From Saprolegnia diclina VS20 (lineage: Eukaryota): a DNA stretch of 64,000 nucleotides. The DNA is taken from positions 426,608 through 490,607 of the forward strand of contig NW_008246090.1 in the NCBI RefSeq assembly GCF_000281045.1. Direction: 5' to 3'. Below the pieces are notes generated by a model, which was given only the letters and a program-made list of their open reading frames with translations, was not told the origin of the DNA and ran no database searches. The position numbers and the translations under genes are program-made. Position 1 is the first letter of the stretch. Each line of letters begins with the position of its first letter. Positions 49,567 through 61,708 of this stretch are shown piece by piece.

Positions 49567-50668
49567 GCTGTGGCCGCGAAGTGAGGAGGCGAAGTGGGCC
49601 ATACACAGACCAAGTGCGGCCGCACCACGTATACCGCGACCCGCATGACCAACACGGCGTGGCTGCGACATGCGCCATGTCGCAGCATGTTCAATATGGC
49701 GCGATTTGCGCCCACGCCGTGGGTACGCATGGACAACCCAGAGCAAAGGCACAGCATTAAACCGTATCGTATGGAGATTCCACGTGGTGCTGGCTTGACG
49801 CGCCATAGCGTTCCATGTCGGCGGCGGCCCCTACGACCATATGGGTCGTGTCCATCGGTCAAGCGCCATGCGTAATGCTGCCCGCGTCCACCGTGGGCGG
49901 CAAAACTCGAGTGTGATTGGCGCAAAAGCCAACTTTGGCGACACCGGATTGGCTACTGCATACAAAAGAAACGTAGAAAAGCCGGACCAGCGGACAATGG
50001 CCGATCCTTGCGCGTCAAAGCGCCGTGTCTTTGAGCCAACAGAGCTGGCGCGAGCGCGAGAAGGCCAGCATCGAGGAGCTTATGAGCGCGCGCTGGCTCG
50101 CGTAAGTCACGAAAGCGCCTCAAGAAGTGGTGTGCGTCGTGCCCGACAACTTCAACTTCGGCCAAGGAAGCTTCCTTCGCAACCACTCTCTGGCCGCGAC
50201 GGCAATCTGGGTTACGCCTGCACCTCGGCGCAACCGTCGCGTTTTTAGCAGGCGCGTATAGTCGATGTATGTATGTGGTCCTTGCCCCACGTTGCAGTGC
50301 TTGTGGCAGCCTGTTTCTAGAGGTATGGATCTCGAATACTTGGGACTTTGGCCGACGACGACGACGATGAGAGCGAGCGACGATGGGGCGAGCGAGACAC
50401 ACTCGGCGGTTGAGAAAAGATAAAAGACACTAGCCGATTAAAAGACACTCGAATGTGTAATAAAAGACTCTTTTGGACAATAAAAGAACACGACGCTGTG
50501 GAGCCAGATGGGCGCACTTGATCGGGTGCGTGGCGCATTTAATAGAGACACATACAAACATCAAGATACCAAAACGCACTTGAGAGAAAAAGACAGAGGC
50601 CAGTGTAAAGGTCGGCAAAGGCGAGAGTGACAGCGGTTTTATAATTCCGGTATTTCCGAAGAGGAGCC

Positions 50669-52063
50669 ATGGCAGGCAGCATGAACAAGGCCGAGGCCAT
50701 GCGCGTCAACAGCCGCTCGACCGAAGTGCTCACGATGGACCAGCTCAAGCCCCAGGAAGAGTGGGTGCAGGACGCCGAGCGCCACCGCTGCCACGTCTGC
50801 ACGCGCAACTTCCACAACTTTCGCCGCAAGCACCACTGCCGCGTGGTACGTGCCACCGCAACCCGTCGTCGAGTCCGCCGTCTCACGCCATGGTGCTAGT
50901 GTGGCGAGGTCGTCTGCGGCAACTGCCTCCTCAAGAAGATTGCGGATCTGCCCGTGAAGGGCAAGACCGAAGTCAAAGTGTGCATGTCGTGCATTCTCAA
51001 CCAAGCCGGCGGTGGCGGCAACCCGCAGGCGCCGCCCAACGCGCGCGTGGACAACGGACCGGACATGCGCTACTCGGCGAAAACCGTCGAGGCGAGCCCG
51101 AGCATGGCCAAGACCTCGGACGCGACATACCGATCGTCGCCGCCCGGCTCGTTTGTTGAGCAGCGCAGCTACGGGTCGGCGTACGACCCCAGCGCCGAGT
51201 ACAACTACCCGCTCGACTTTAGCTGGGGCTACCCGTGGCCCAAACCGCCGGTGCTCACAGGCGAAGACGAGCGGCTCGCAGCCGTCCGCAGCTTTGACAT
51301 CCTCGACACGCCGCCCGAAGACGTGTTTGACATCATCTGCGATCTCGCGTCGAACGCGCTCAAGTGCCCGATCGCGGTCGTCTCGCTCATGGACAAGGAC
51401 CGCCAGTGGTTCAAGGCGTCGGTGGGCCTCGCGCAAACCGAGATTCCGCGCAACGTGTCGTTCTGCGCGCACACGATCATCTCCAAGGAGCCCATGGTCG
51501 TCTTGGATACCCTCCACGACAAGCGGTTTGCCAAGAACCCGCTCGTGACGGGCGCCGCAAGCATCCGCTTCTACGCAGGATCACCGATCATCACGCCGAC
51601 GGGCCAGATCCTCGGTACGGTCTTTGTGTTTGACAACCAGCCGCGTCACACGTGCGACCTGGCGACACTCGAGAAGCTCTCGAACGTTGCGATGAAGAAC
51701 TTGGAGGACCGCAAGAATGCGGTGGCCGCGCCGCTCTCGTCGAGTCTGCCGCCGGCGCCAACGGCCGTGGTCGTGTCCGAGTCGGACGCCGCGGCCATTG
51801 TCCCCGCCGGCTTTGCAAAGGCGGTGCAAGAGTCGCAGGACCTCGTGGTGCAGAACGGCGGTGACGGCCAAGTTGTGGCCGGTCCCAAGATGGAAACGAT
51901 GCTCATGGACCTACTCTGTCGCACGACCGAGACGCAGCAGCAGCTCGCGACGCAGCAAGGCGCCATGTTCCAGACATTGGGCCAGCACACAGCACAGATC
52001 GACAAGCTCGCGGACGCCGTCAAGCGCATGGAAGCCAAGCTGGACGCGCGCGAAGCCGAGTGA
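50669..52063 (+). CDS. FYVE-GAF-coiled-coil protein 2 (head-to-head paralog of protein 1)
   Basis: WVQD, RKHHCRV|CGEVVC, GAF, tail. Confidence 0.92.
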
Positions 52064-52803
52064 GGAGCTATTTATATTCCGACAACCGTGTCCGTGTAGC
52101 TTAGAGTCTCTTATCCCTTCTGCCCATCCGCCGCCCTTATATACGTTGCCTCTTCTGTCGTTTTATTCGGCTTGTAGTCAACGGGACACTATTCCGCAGC
52201 AGACCCGTCCGTGTGCCTGCACCGGACGCGGTGCGTTGTCGCAGTGACCGTAGCTTGAGTGTCTTTTGCAGTACATGGTGCGTACGTTGCTGTAGAAGAG
52301 GCCCGGCCGGCGTTCGATGATGATGCCTGTATCTACTCTCACCTATCATTGTCGCTCATGATGAGGAGTCATGGACGGTACAACAGGGCATTACACCATG
52401 ACACCCATAGCGGCTTGACGGCCAACCAAACGGCTCGTACGCGGTCATCATTGGCTGCCACACCAGAATCTACGGTACAACTCGAGGCAAAGGACGCCTT
52501 TACTGACAACGAGACGACGAGAACGCAGTTAGAACAGTGCTACGATATCGCTGAGTGCTGATGGGGGCAGCTCGTGCTGGGATCTCCGCAACACGTGTTA
52601 CGTTACCCTAGGGTTGGGTCTACGAAGAACCCACCCGCATCAACGCCAACCACGCCGCCACGTCATGAAGGGTGATTCCAGTGCACGTGCGGCTCTCCAA
52701 GCTATTAGTTCCACCATGTATTCGACACACTGCACCACTTGCGGACCGGATCATGCGCTAACCTGGAATCATAGATTCGTTTGAAGAAGTATATACAATT
52801 TGC

Positions 52804-54050
52804 TTAGGGCGACGCCGAGGTTTGTAGCAAGTGAAGCATCACGGACGCATTTGGCGAGACGGGCGGTGTGCCCGGACTGTTGGCGTCGCTTGGGGAGCCG
52901 AGAAAGCGGCGGTTCACAAGATCGTAATGGCGCGTGTGGCACGACGGGCAGATGGGCGCAATGTACATTTCGGGTCGTCCTGGTGCGTGCGCGACAAGGA
53001 TCGCATGCAAGCAGACGACGCAGAAGGCCTCGCCGCACTAGAAAGAGTCGTTACAGCGCATGACAATATGTCCACATCGTCATCGTACGAGGGGGCAGTG
53101 GCTCTTGTACATGACAAACGGCACGCGTGCATTGCACTTGAAGCATGTCGACCGCTGCTTGGTGGGCACCCAGCGCTGCTTTTCGATCAAGCTAGCGTGT
53201 TCGACGACATCGAGGCATTCGAGACGCAGAGCCGCGACGACATCGTCTGGCGCGAGCAGCGGTGCATCCGCTGGCGCATGCAGGCGGACGAGGACCTCGG
53301 GCTGCAGAGCTTTGCAGCGTGCATAGTCTCCATGGACCTCGCTAATGTGCACGCACGTCTTGCACACCACGACGTCGTACGAAGCGCGACCGTCCGGACG
53401 CAGCGCCAGCTTTGTAAGGGTACAATGACCGCAAAAAGCATCGCCGCACTAGACAGGACGTTTCTGTCACAAAACGGCAAAGTGGGAAAGGACGGTATAC
53501 CGTGCGGCACGTGTATTGGACACGGAAGACGCCAAAGACCCGGTGGCAGCGTGTGCAGAGTGCGCTTCGGCGAGGTGGCAATATCGTCACGAGCTCACCG
53601 TGCGAAATAAACGTGGTGCGTGTGGGCGCAGATACACGTAGTGCGGGCGGGAGGGGCGACGACGGGAGCGACACCGATCCGGTGGTTGACGGTGCCTCGT
53701 CCAGCAGCGGGACGTCCGAGGCCGACGCTTGGCAGCGTCGATGGGTGGTTTCGTCTTCGTGAAAGAGGCACGCTTCACAGGCCATGACGCGCTGCTGCTT
53801 CTCGTCGTCTTGTACCGGTAGCCGGAGTACGCAGCTGCGGCAAATGACGTGGCCGCACTAGACGGCCATCTTTTGAAACGAGAAGCTACTAGCAACGACG
53901 TACCAACGAGCAGTTGTACTTGGCGCGAAAGAAGGAAAACGTTCGGAGACACACGGCGCAGTTGGCGCGCGCTTGGAGAGGCACGAGCCCCAGGGGATGC
54001 AGGAGGTCGTCCTTGAGGATCGACCATCGGCGCGACGGACGTTCGGCCAT
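52804..54050 (-). CDS. Triple FYVE-like protein, paralog 2, spliced
   Basis: Start MAERPSRR; three Cys-rich units; LALRPDGRASYDVVVCKTC matches LALRPDGHSSYDVRVCSTC in paralog 1. 3' end uncertain. Confidence 0.7.
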
Positions 54051-54414
54051 CGCAAATGAGGAGGAGATGAACACACTGTGGATCGGCCGAGTGGCTGCTT
54101 TGGGCCGGCCCAAAGACAGGTAACGTGTGCCCGTTGCTTGGCGTCGTGCTTCGAAGCCCGCTGCTGCTGGCTTGCCTTTGTTGCAGTCGACCTTCTTGAC
54201 GCGGTTCGAGTCCGCCGTCACGCGCCAATATTGTCCGAGATAGGTGCTCGTTGCAACAACGAGTTCGTGTCCACGAACCTCAATATCAAACAACGATAAA
54301 AGAGCAACTTCGATTGAGTTTCAACACGACACCATGTCAAATACCAAGCACAATACACAGAGACAAACGACAAGTTCTCGACAAATGATGTCGATACAAA
54401 CATACACATGTCGG

Positions 54415-55789
54415 TCACGGCGACGCTTCGATGCCGCAGAAACGGCGCGTGACGTCTTCGCAGTGCTGCAGTCGGCACGCTTGGCACACTTTGACGAGCT
54501 CGAGCTCGTCCGAGTGTGTTTTCCCCGCGGCCAAAAGCGCGTTGAGACACGACAAACAGTGCGCTTCGCCGCACTAGACCATTTACATTGCCATTCGGAA
54601 ACCGTCAGGACAATATTGTACATACCAGTCGGCAATAATCCTTGCGCAAGAGAAAGAGAAACGCCGAGCGACACGAAAAGCACGTCGTGTGCTTGTTGAC
54701 AAGCGACCGGTAGTCCCTCGAGACGAGGCTATCATACGGCACGATCCCGCTCGCCTCGAGTTGAAGGACACTTGTGAGCACATCGCGGCCTTCGTACTGC
54801 CGCGTTTGGACCGGATGGAACGACGGGTCGTGCAGTAGCGCCGTCACCGTCATCTGCTTGCGCCGACAGCTTCGAAACGTGCTCTGAACGATGCTAATGT
54901 GAACGCACGTCCAGCAGACGCGCACGTGGCAGAGTGCATGGCCTTTCGCAGCCGACGTAAACTGATACGTCGTACAGTGGCTGCAATAGACATTGCCGCA
55001 CTACTCCAGTTCGCATCGAAAAGCCTCAACACGAGAGAGGTTGGTACCGTGTGGCAGTGGTGCTTGCGGTGGAGGAGCTTGAACGACCGGTGGCAGCGCT
55101 CGCACTGCGTTGCACCGCGCTTGGGTATGAGCTCGCGCTTTGGGACGAGCTCGTCGCGCTTGACAAAGGCATACCGGCGCGGCCGGAGACGCGACGCGCG
55201 TTGCGGCTTGGGGCGACTTGGCGCCGGCGTCTCAGGGAGCGGATCAAGCTCGGATACTTTGGCATGGCCCGCAGCAGCATTGGTGGTGTTGTCCATCGAG
55301 ATGCGGCGATCGCTTGTCGGTGTCCATGGGTACACGTCCTCCGAGTACGACTCTTCGTCGTTTGAGGAGGTATCGTCGTCATCGTCTCGATCGTTGGGGT
55401 AGGCGGCGCCAGGATCGTCGTCGTCGTCGTCGCTGTCGCCTTCGGTCACAAGGTCTTGGATGCGCTTGTCAAAGTAGCAGCTCACGCAGACGACGACTTG
55501 GTGCAAATGGTGGTCGCGCCCGAGCACGTCGAGGGACCACGTGCACCGACTGCACACGACTTCGCAGCACTAGACAGCGACGCATTCAATGCATTAACAC
55601 CCGAGAATCAGCGCGTACGAGCGGGCAGCGGTGTTTCGGGCGCACAATGTAAAACTTGCGCAGACACACAAAGCACGCGCCAATGACGGTCGCATGCTTG
55701 GCGTGGGGCACGAGGGTATGGCTCGGGCTGAGCAAATAATCTTTGAGCGCGGCGCGGTGGCGCCGGGTCTCGTCCAGGGCCGCGTACAT
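54415..55789 (-). CDS. Triple FYVE-like protein, paralog 3, spliced
   Basis: Start MYAALDE; three units, one with RKHHCHT; acidic linker; in-frame TGA at 54417-54415. Confidence 0.7.
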
Positions 55790-56518
55790 TGGTGCGAGTG
55801 CAGATTTGCCGGTTTGGATCCAAAGATGGGATGCAGTTGCGACGTGTCTCTTGTGCCGGCGCACAGACGCGTCGCTGAAAAGAAAGGACGTGGGAGGCAC
55901 CCATACCGGTACGGACCGCGTCTCCAACAACTCGGCTTCGCGTCTCGGCGACACACCAGAGAAAATAATAGAGAGTGGCATGATAAACGTCGCGAAGAAG
56001 AGCCCAAACCGCACTCCAGACAGCGAGCTCAGACAGCGCAGCCCATTAAAAAGCCCACATACACGTACGTGGGTACCGGGACAGATCGTAATGCTGGCGT
56101 AAATCGAGCTGGTCGGCGACATGCTTTGTTGTCGCTTTCTTTCGTAGGAAAAGGTCGTGGGAACTTGCTGCGACGGTTTTGCGTCTGGACCAGCGCAACG
56201 CCACACGATCGGTCGGACGGAAGGACGCTTGCGATATCTCTGTCGCAGCAGCCGCAACATGGACGATGACGTAGCACTCGCCGATGGCGAATTAGGATCG
56301 CTTGTTGACGCGGGCAACCCTGGACCATGTGCAATGGGTCGTGTCGTCGAGTGGCATCTTTTGAGCCAATCCCAGCACAGGATGCGAGATTCGGCCACGC
56401 CGATTGGGTCGATACGACGTGGTAGACTGACGGTTTCGACGACAACGTGTGCATTTTGTAACGGTGCGCAGACAGAGACCGTTACATCAAGGCAAACATC
56501 AGTTGTGGAACGCGCAGC

Positions 56519-58077
56519 TTACGACGCCTCGTCTTCACTACTCTCGTCGTCACTGCTGCTCTCGTCGTCGTCCTCACTGCTGCTCTCATCGCTCGTGGCG
56601 GCCGTGAGCATGGCTTCCATGTGCTTGAGCGCCCAGCCGCACGCGTCCTTGTCGGCGCGCAGCTTGTTGGTCGCGGCCTTGTGGCGTTGGGCGAGGTCCA
56701 AGAGCGCCGCGTCGCTTTGGCGCTGGATCCAGACACAGTAGTCGTCAAGGAAGAGCGTGTTGAGCAGGTAGTGCTGGTCCGACTTGGCCAAAACGTCCAA
56801 AATTCGCAGCAAGCAGCGCAGGACCACGCGCTTGCCGCGGGCGAGAATGTCGTGTACGTCGTCCAGCACGCGCAGCGCGAGTGTGTGCTGGCGCAATAGC
56901 GGGTACGTGAGCATGCGCCGGAGGCTCGTCGTAGCCACGGCATCGAGGTCGGCACTCGGGTTGAGCCACGCCAGCGTCGCGCTGTTGATCATGATCGTCC
57001 ACGCCGACTCGACCGTCGCGTCGCCTGTCGTCGAGCGCACATCGTAGGCATACGCCGCAAGGAGGTCGCAGAGACCACCAAGCAGCACGGCCTGCTCGTC
57101 GCGCGAGAGTAGGTGTTCGCGGTGCGGCAGGCGCCGCAAGAGTTCTTGCTCGGCTTCCGTAAACTCAAAGACCGGGTCCAACGAAAGAGTATCCATGTCT
57201 TGGATCAGCGACGTTGACGGCGGCTTGGTCACTGGCAGCGACGCCCAGAACGGCGAGAAGCGCAGCGCCTCGGCGAAATACTCATCCTCGTCCGCGCCTC
57301 CAAAGTCGATCAAGTAGCGCTCGACGTCAAAGTCCTTGTCTTCCGTGGCGGCTTGGAGCGCCGCGCGATCGGTCGCGGGCGTCGTGTCGGGCAGCGGCAA
57401 GGCGAGAATTTCCGACACTTCGCCATGCCACACCTTGAAAAAGTCGGTAAACCGGTTATTGAACCCGTACGATGGCGGGCCAGTGTGCAATGTGATCGGC
57501 GGCGCCTTGGTCTCAAGCGACAGCAAGCTCGCGTCGGTCGCGATCGGTGCGGGCGCCGGCATTGTCGTTTCGGGCTCGATCTCCGATGTCATCGAAGTTG
57601 ACGCGACGACCTCAATCAACGGCGGTTTGGGCAACCTAACCCAATGTTGCTTGTCAGTATACCTACACCAACTCAAGTAGACAATGTTGTACGCATCAGG
57701 GAGACCGTTGTCTTGGGGCTTCCACTTTTTTTGCTGGAGAAGCGTCGTGAGCAGGTCGAGGTCCGGGAAGTGCGCGCCCTGCGTCGCCTTGGGCAAATGC
57801 ACGAAAATGGTACCATTTTCCTATAGCACCGTGAAGGCTCGCTACTCACGTCGCTTGGTGCGAATACCTTGTTGATGTCGTACACGGCCTTGGCGCGGTC
57901 GTCGTCGACCACCTCGAGCGGAAAGGTGAGGTTGAGCAGGTACGGTTTGCAGTAAAAGTGAAAGCTGCAGCCGTCGATCGTGTACTCGAGCTCCGAGACG
58001 CGGACGTACGGCACGTGAATGTCGACGTACACGAACGCGTCGTCTTGTCGGACGACAAAGCGCGGCGTCGCGGGCAT
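56519..58077 (-). CDS. SHQ1: H/ACA snoRNP assembly factor Shq1, spliced
   Basis: N-terminal CS domain (TPRFVVRQDD, FYCKPYLLNLTFP, FPDLDLLTTLL), YGFN, AYAYDVRSTTGDATVESAWT, YLLNTLFLDDYCVWIQ. Confidence 0.92.
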
Positions 58078-59632
58078 CTTTGCTGGCCTTTCTGCGGGAT
58101 AGAATTGTGATTGGTCCTTATCGCGCCAGCATTATCAAGTATGGGAGGCCACTCAAAACAACAGATTTTGAGTTTGGAGTTTGGCGTTTGGTTGGGGACC
58201 ACTGCCTCTCCCGTTTTGTGATACTACTGCTGGCAGTGCAAGTCCACGGATGCGTTTCGACTGGCTGCTCTTGGTTTGATTGCTGGTCGCGGACGCCAAG
58301 TGGCTGGCGCGCTGGAAGGTATGTATTGGATGGGTATTAAGTGTGAGAGGTAGCTCAAAACGTTGTATTTTGAGTTTGGTGCCAAGGGTTTTGAGATGCG
58401 TGTATCCAAATCTCAGTGCTCGTTTGTGGGATCCATCGATCGACACTTTTGAGCTTGAGATAGCTTTCTTGCGCAATACACGATGTTATACTGTGAAGAG
58501 CGTACACCTTTGGTAGGCATGGCCGAGACGACAGACTGGACCGGTTTTCGCTGCCGCGCATACATTGCCTTCGGCAGTGTCGTGATGGCTCCGAGTCGCC
58601 CATATTCCGAACGACTAGAAGTCCCGTGCTCATCTTGTCGATTTTTCGTAGCTTGATCAATGAAACTCAAAGGAGCCACACGTCTGGGAACGCGCGTTGT
58701 GGAGCAGCTTGTCGCGTCTGCCGTGTCACGTCTGTTCACGCCCAGACGACGTCATTGGGTTTTTGACGTGCAGCGACCAGTGCCATTGTCAACCAATGCC
58801 GCATCGCGCCTTTCTCTCTAGTGGCAAATTACGCTGGCGCGCGACCACGGCGAGAAGCGATCTCGGACGCTGGGCGATGTCGAAGGCATTTTTGCTGCCA
58901 TCGAAGCCAACTGGGTTCACGACAAGACTCGACACGGCCGGCGGCGTTGCACGACTCACCAAGTTGCGGTGCGACAGACGGCCATCCGTGCCCCCACAGG
59001 AGCCGCTGCCGACGGTCGTACGGGACTATTGCCCTGGACATTCCAGGACCATAAACGTGTTTCGCGTGATCACGGCGTTGCAAAGACCTGGTATACCTAG
59101 AGACTATAGAGCTTACTCTACATCATTGCCCTCGGAAGGAACCGTTGTGCTCAAATTCTTCGTACGTTGTTTGTACGATACTATGCACAAACGAATGAAA
59201 CAGTCTGTGTACTGCCGATATCCTTGGCGTTGCTCTGTGGTTTGTCGTCGTGCCGGCGGGTTAGGGCTCGAGATGGGGCTAGGGTTTGAACCGCACGCGC
59301 GATAGGTTGTTGATAAAGCGTGGATGGCACACCTTTCGGCCTGTATAGTACGTTGTAGCTCAATTGGTTGTAGCTGTTGTTGAAGTGAGTTGTTCACATG
59401 CAGTCTCGTGATAATCGTTGCCGTGATTGTCAGCACAGCAGCAGGAAGATTCGTCAGCGTCGAGCGGATGACACGGTTGTTGCGTTCGAGCCAACATGCT
59501 ACGGTACGTCGGTGTCGATGTAATGACATACTGCATGTACTGAGTATCAGCACGAGACTTCAAGCAAAAGTGAAGCGAAAACGTGCACATACTACTGTTA
59601 CGACGACTTGGTTATCACGACTGTCGCAGATC

Positions 59633-61195
59633 CTACGCCGTTGGCGAGTCGTCTTCGGTCGACAACTTGGCTTCCATGCGCGCGACCGCTTCTGCGAGCT
59701 TGGAGATTTGCGTATTGTGTTCTTCGAGCTTTCCAAAGAGCGTGCCTTGCTGCGTCGCGATCTGCTGCTGCGTCTCGGTCGTCTTGCTCAATAAATTCAT
59801 CAGCATGGCTTCCATGGACGGCGAGACGCCTTCCGTCGAGGGCACGACTGCTGCCGCTAACGGCGTACTCGGGGGCGTGCTGGGGGGCGGTAGTGAGATG
59901 GGCGCGGGCTCGAGCGATCGCTTCCGCACCTTGGCCATCTCTTTGATCTCGTCCTGCTGCCGGTCGAGCGTCATCTGGTCCATCGACGGCGCCGACGACG
60001 ACCGATTCATGGACCGCACGCCGCCCTTGATGCTGCAGTGCGCAGGCAACATCTTGCGCTCTAAAAGGAGCTGTGACGTGAGCTGCGCGAGCTTGGTGAG
60101 CTTGAGCGTATCGACGTCATTCAGACTTGAGCGCGGCTCCGAGTCGACGACAAACACCGTGCCGATGCACACGTTTTCGACTATGATCGGTGCGCCCGCG
60201 TAGAAGCGAAAGCTCGTGCTCTCGGTGGTCACGAGGGGGTTCTTGCAGAAGCGCTCATCTCTCGCCGTGTCGAGGACGACCGTCACGTCCAAGAGGTACA
60301 TGGTGTGGGCGCAGAACGACACCATGGCGGGCATTTCTACATACGATTTGAGTTGGGGTTTTGAGCGTAGAGATGGTCTGTGTACCGGCTTGGCCGAGGC
60401 CCAGATACGCTTTGAACCACTGGCGCTGGTGCTTGTAGTCCATAAACGCAACACACGCAGCCTTGCAGTGCGACGACACCGACTTGCGCGCACTCGAAGC
60501 GATGCGGTCAAACGCATCTTCGCGCGGCGAGTCGAGTATGTCGAGCAGCTGGAGCATCTCGGTCGTCTGCTTCTCGACCGGCGATGGCACGGGCGGCGGC
60601 TTGGGCCACGGGTACTCCCAGTCATAGTCGAGGCGGTAGCTGCAAAGTTGCATCTCCGTCTCGTTGCTATACGCGCTGCTGATGTTGCTTTGGCTCGTTA
60701 CGCTCATGTGGTCATCGTGGAAGACAAAGAACGACGACGACGAATGCGACGGGTCGTGCACATCCGAGATGACTGTGTGGCCCGAGCTGCGCCGGTCCGG
60801 GCGGCGCGCGTCCACCGGGGCGTGCATCACAGGTATCTTCTGGACGCAGACGAGGCAGACCTGTGCGACCGTCGGCTGCTCGTGCCGCGCGAGCACGAGG
60901 CGCTGGGGCACACGGCACTTGCTACAAATGACTTCGCCGCACTAGGGTCGCGTCCTGAGCCATCAAGAGTCGCTACAGCTTTGGAGAGAAATGATACCAT
61001 GCGGCAGTTGTGCTTGCGGCGCAGGAGTTTGTTGAAGACCTTGGCGCACACATAGCACTTGCGGCGATGGCCATGGTCGACCCAGTCGTCGGGGTGGATG
61101 ATCTGCGAGATCGCGAGCGGGGGCTGGCCAAAGTCGAAGCGCCCGGACGGCGTCTTGGGACTCTTGCGCGCGAACGGACTCTTGGCTCCGTCCAT
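59633..61195 (-). CDS. FYVE-GAF-coiled-coil protein 3, spliced
   Basis: RRKHNCRM|CGEVIC, LDYDWEYPWPKPP, QWFKA, FCAHT, RFYAGAP, tail MEAMLMNLLSKTTETQQQIATQQG. Confidence 0.88.
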
Positions 61196-61708
61196 AGCAC
61201 TGCGCTCTATTGCTGTCGTCGTCTCGTCGTCGTGCCGAACGCGGTGTGTCACAAGGCTGTCTTTGCCAAAGCGGGTCGCCTTAAATAAGGGCCATGCGTG
61301 TCAAATCACCGATTCGAACCGACCAAAGTCCGAAATCGACGGTGACATTCGGACATGTCCGAATTAAAGTCATGTCGAATTCGGATTTGACATGGACGTT
61401 TCAAAGAAGCTGCACGCGTGGCACCAGCTGGTACTCGAGATCCGACAGTGCACCTTGCACAGCGATGACGCTTCGACGCCGTCGACCCGCGACACGGCGA
61501 AGGCTTGTCGACCGTGGAAGTGCCTTTGGGTCGTGGCAGTGGCAATCGTATCCACAGTGTTGCTACAATGCAAGGCTTGTGACGGACGGTGGCGTGATCC
61601 GAGTGGTCTGCTGACCACAGCGATCTCCATGGCGTTGCTTACGACACATCAACTATTATATTAACATACTGACGCGCTCGACAGACGAGCGACGTCATTT
61701 GGAGGCGC

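Noticed and set aside
52804..55789. A single six-FYVE protein
   Set aside because: In-frame TGA at 54417-54415 and a homologous new N-terminus at 54050 indicate two tandem genes.
59255..59290. Telomere-like TTAGGG/CTAGGG words (also ~52605)
   Set aside because: Isolated copies with no tandem array.
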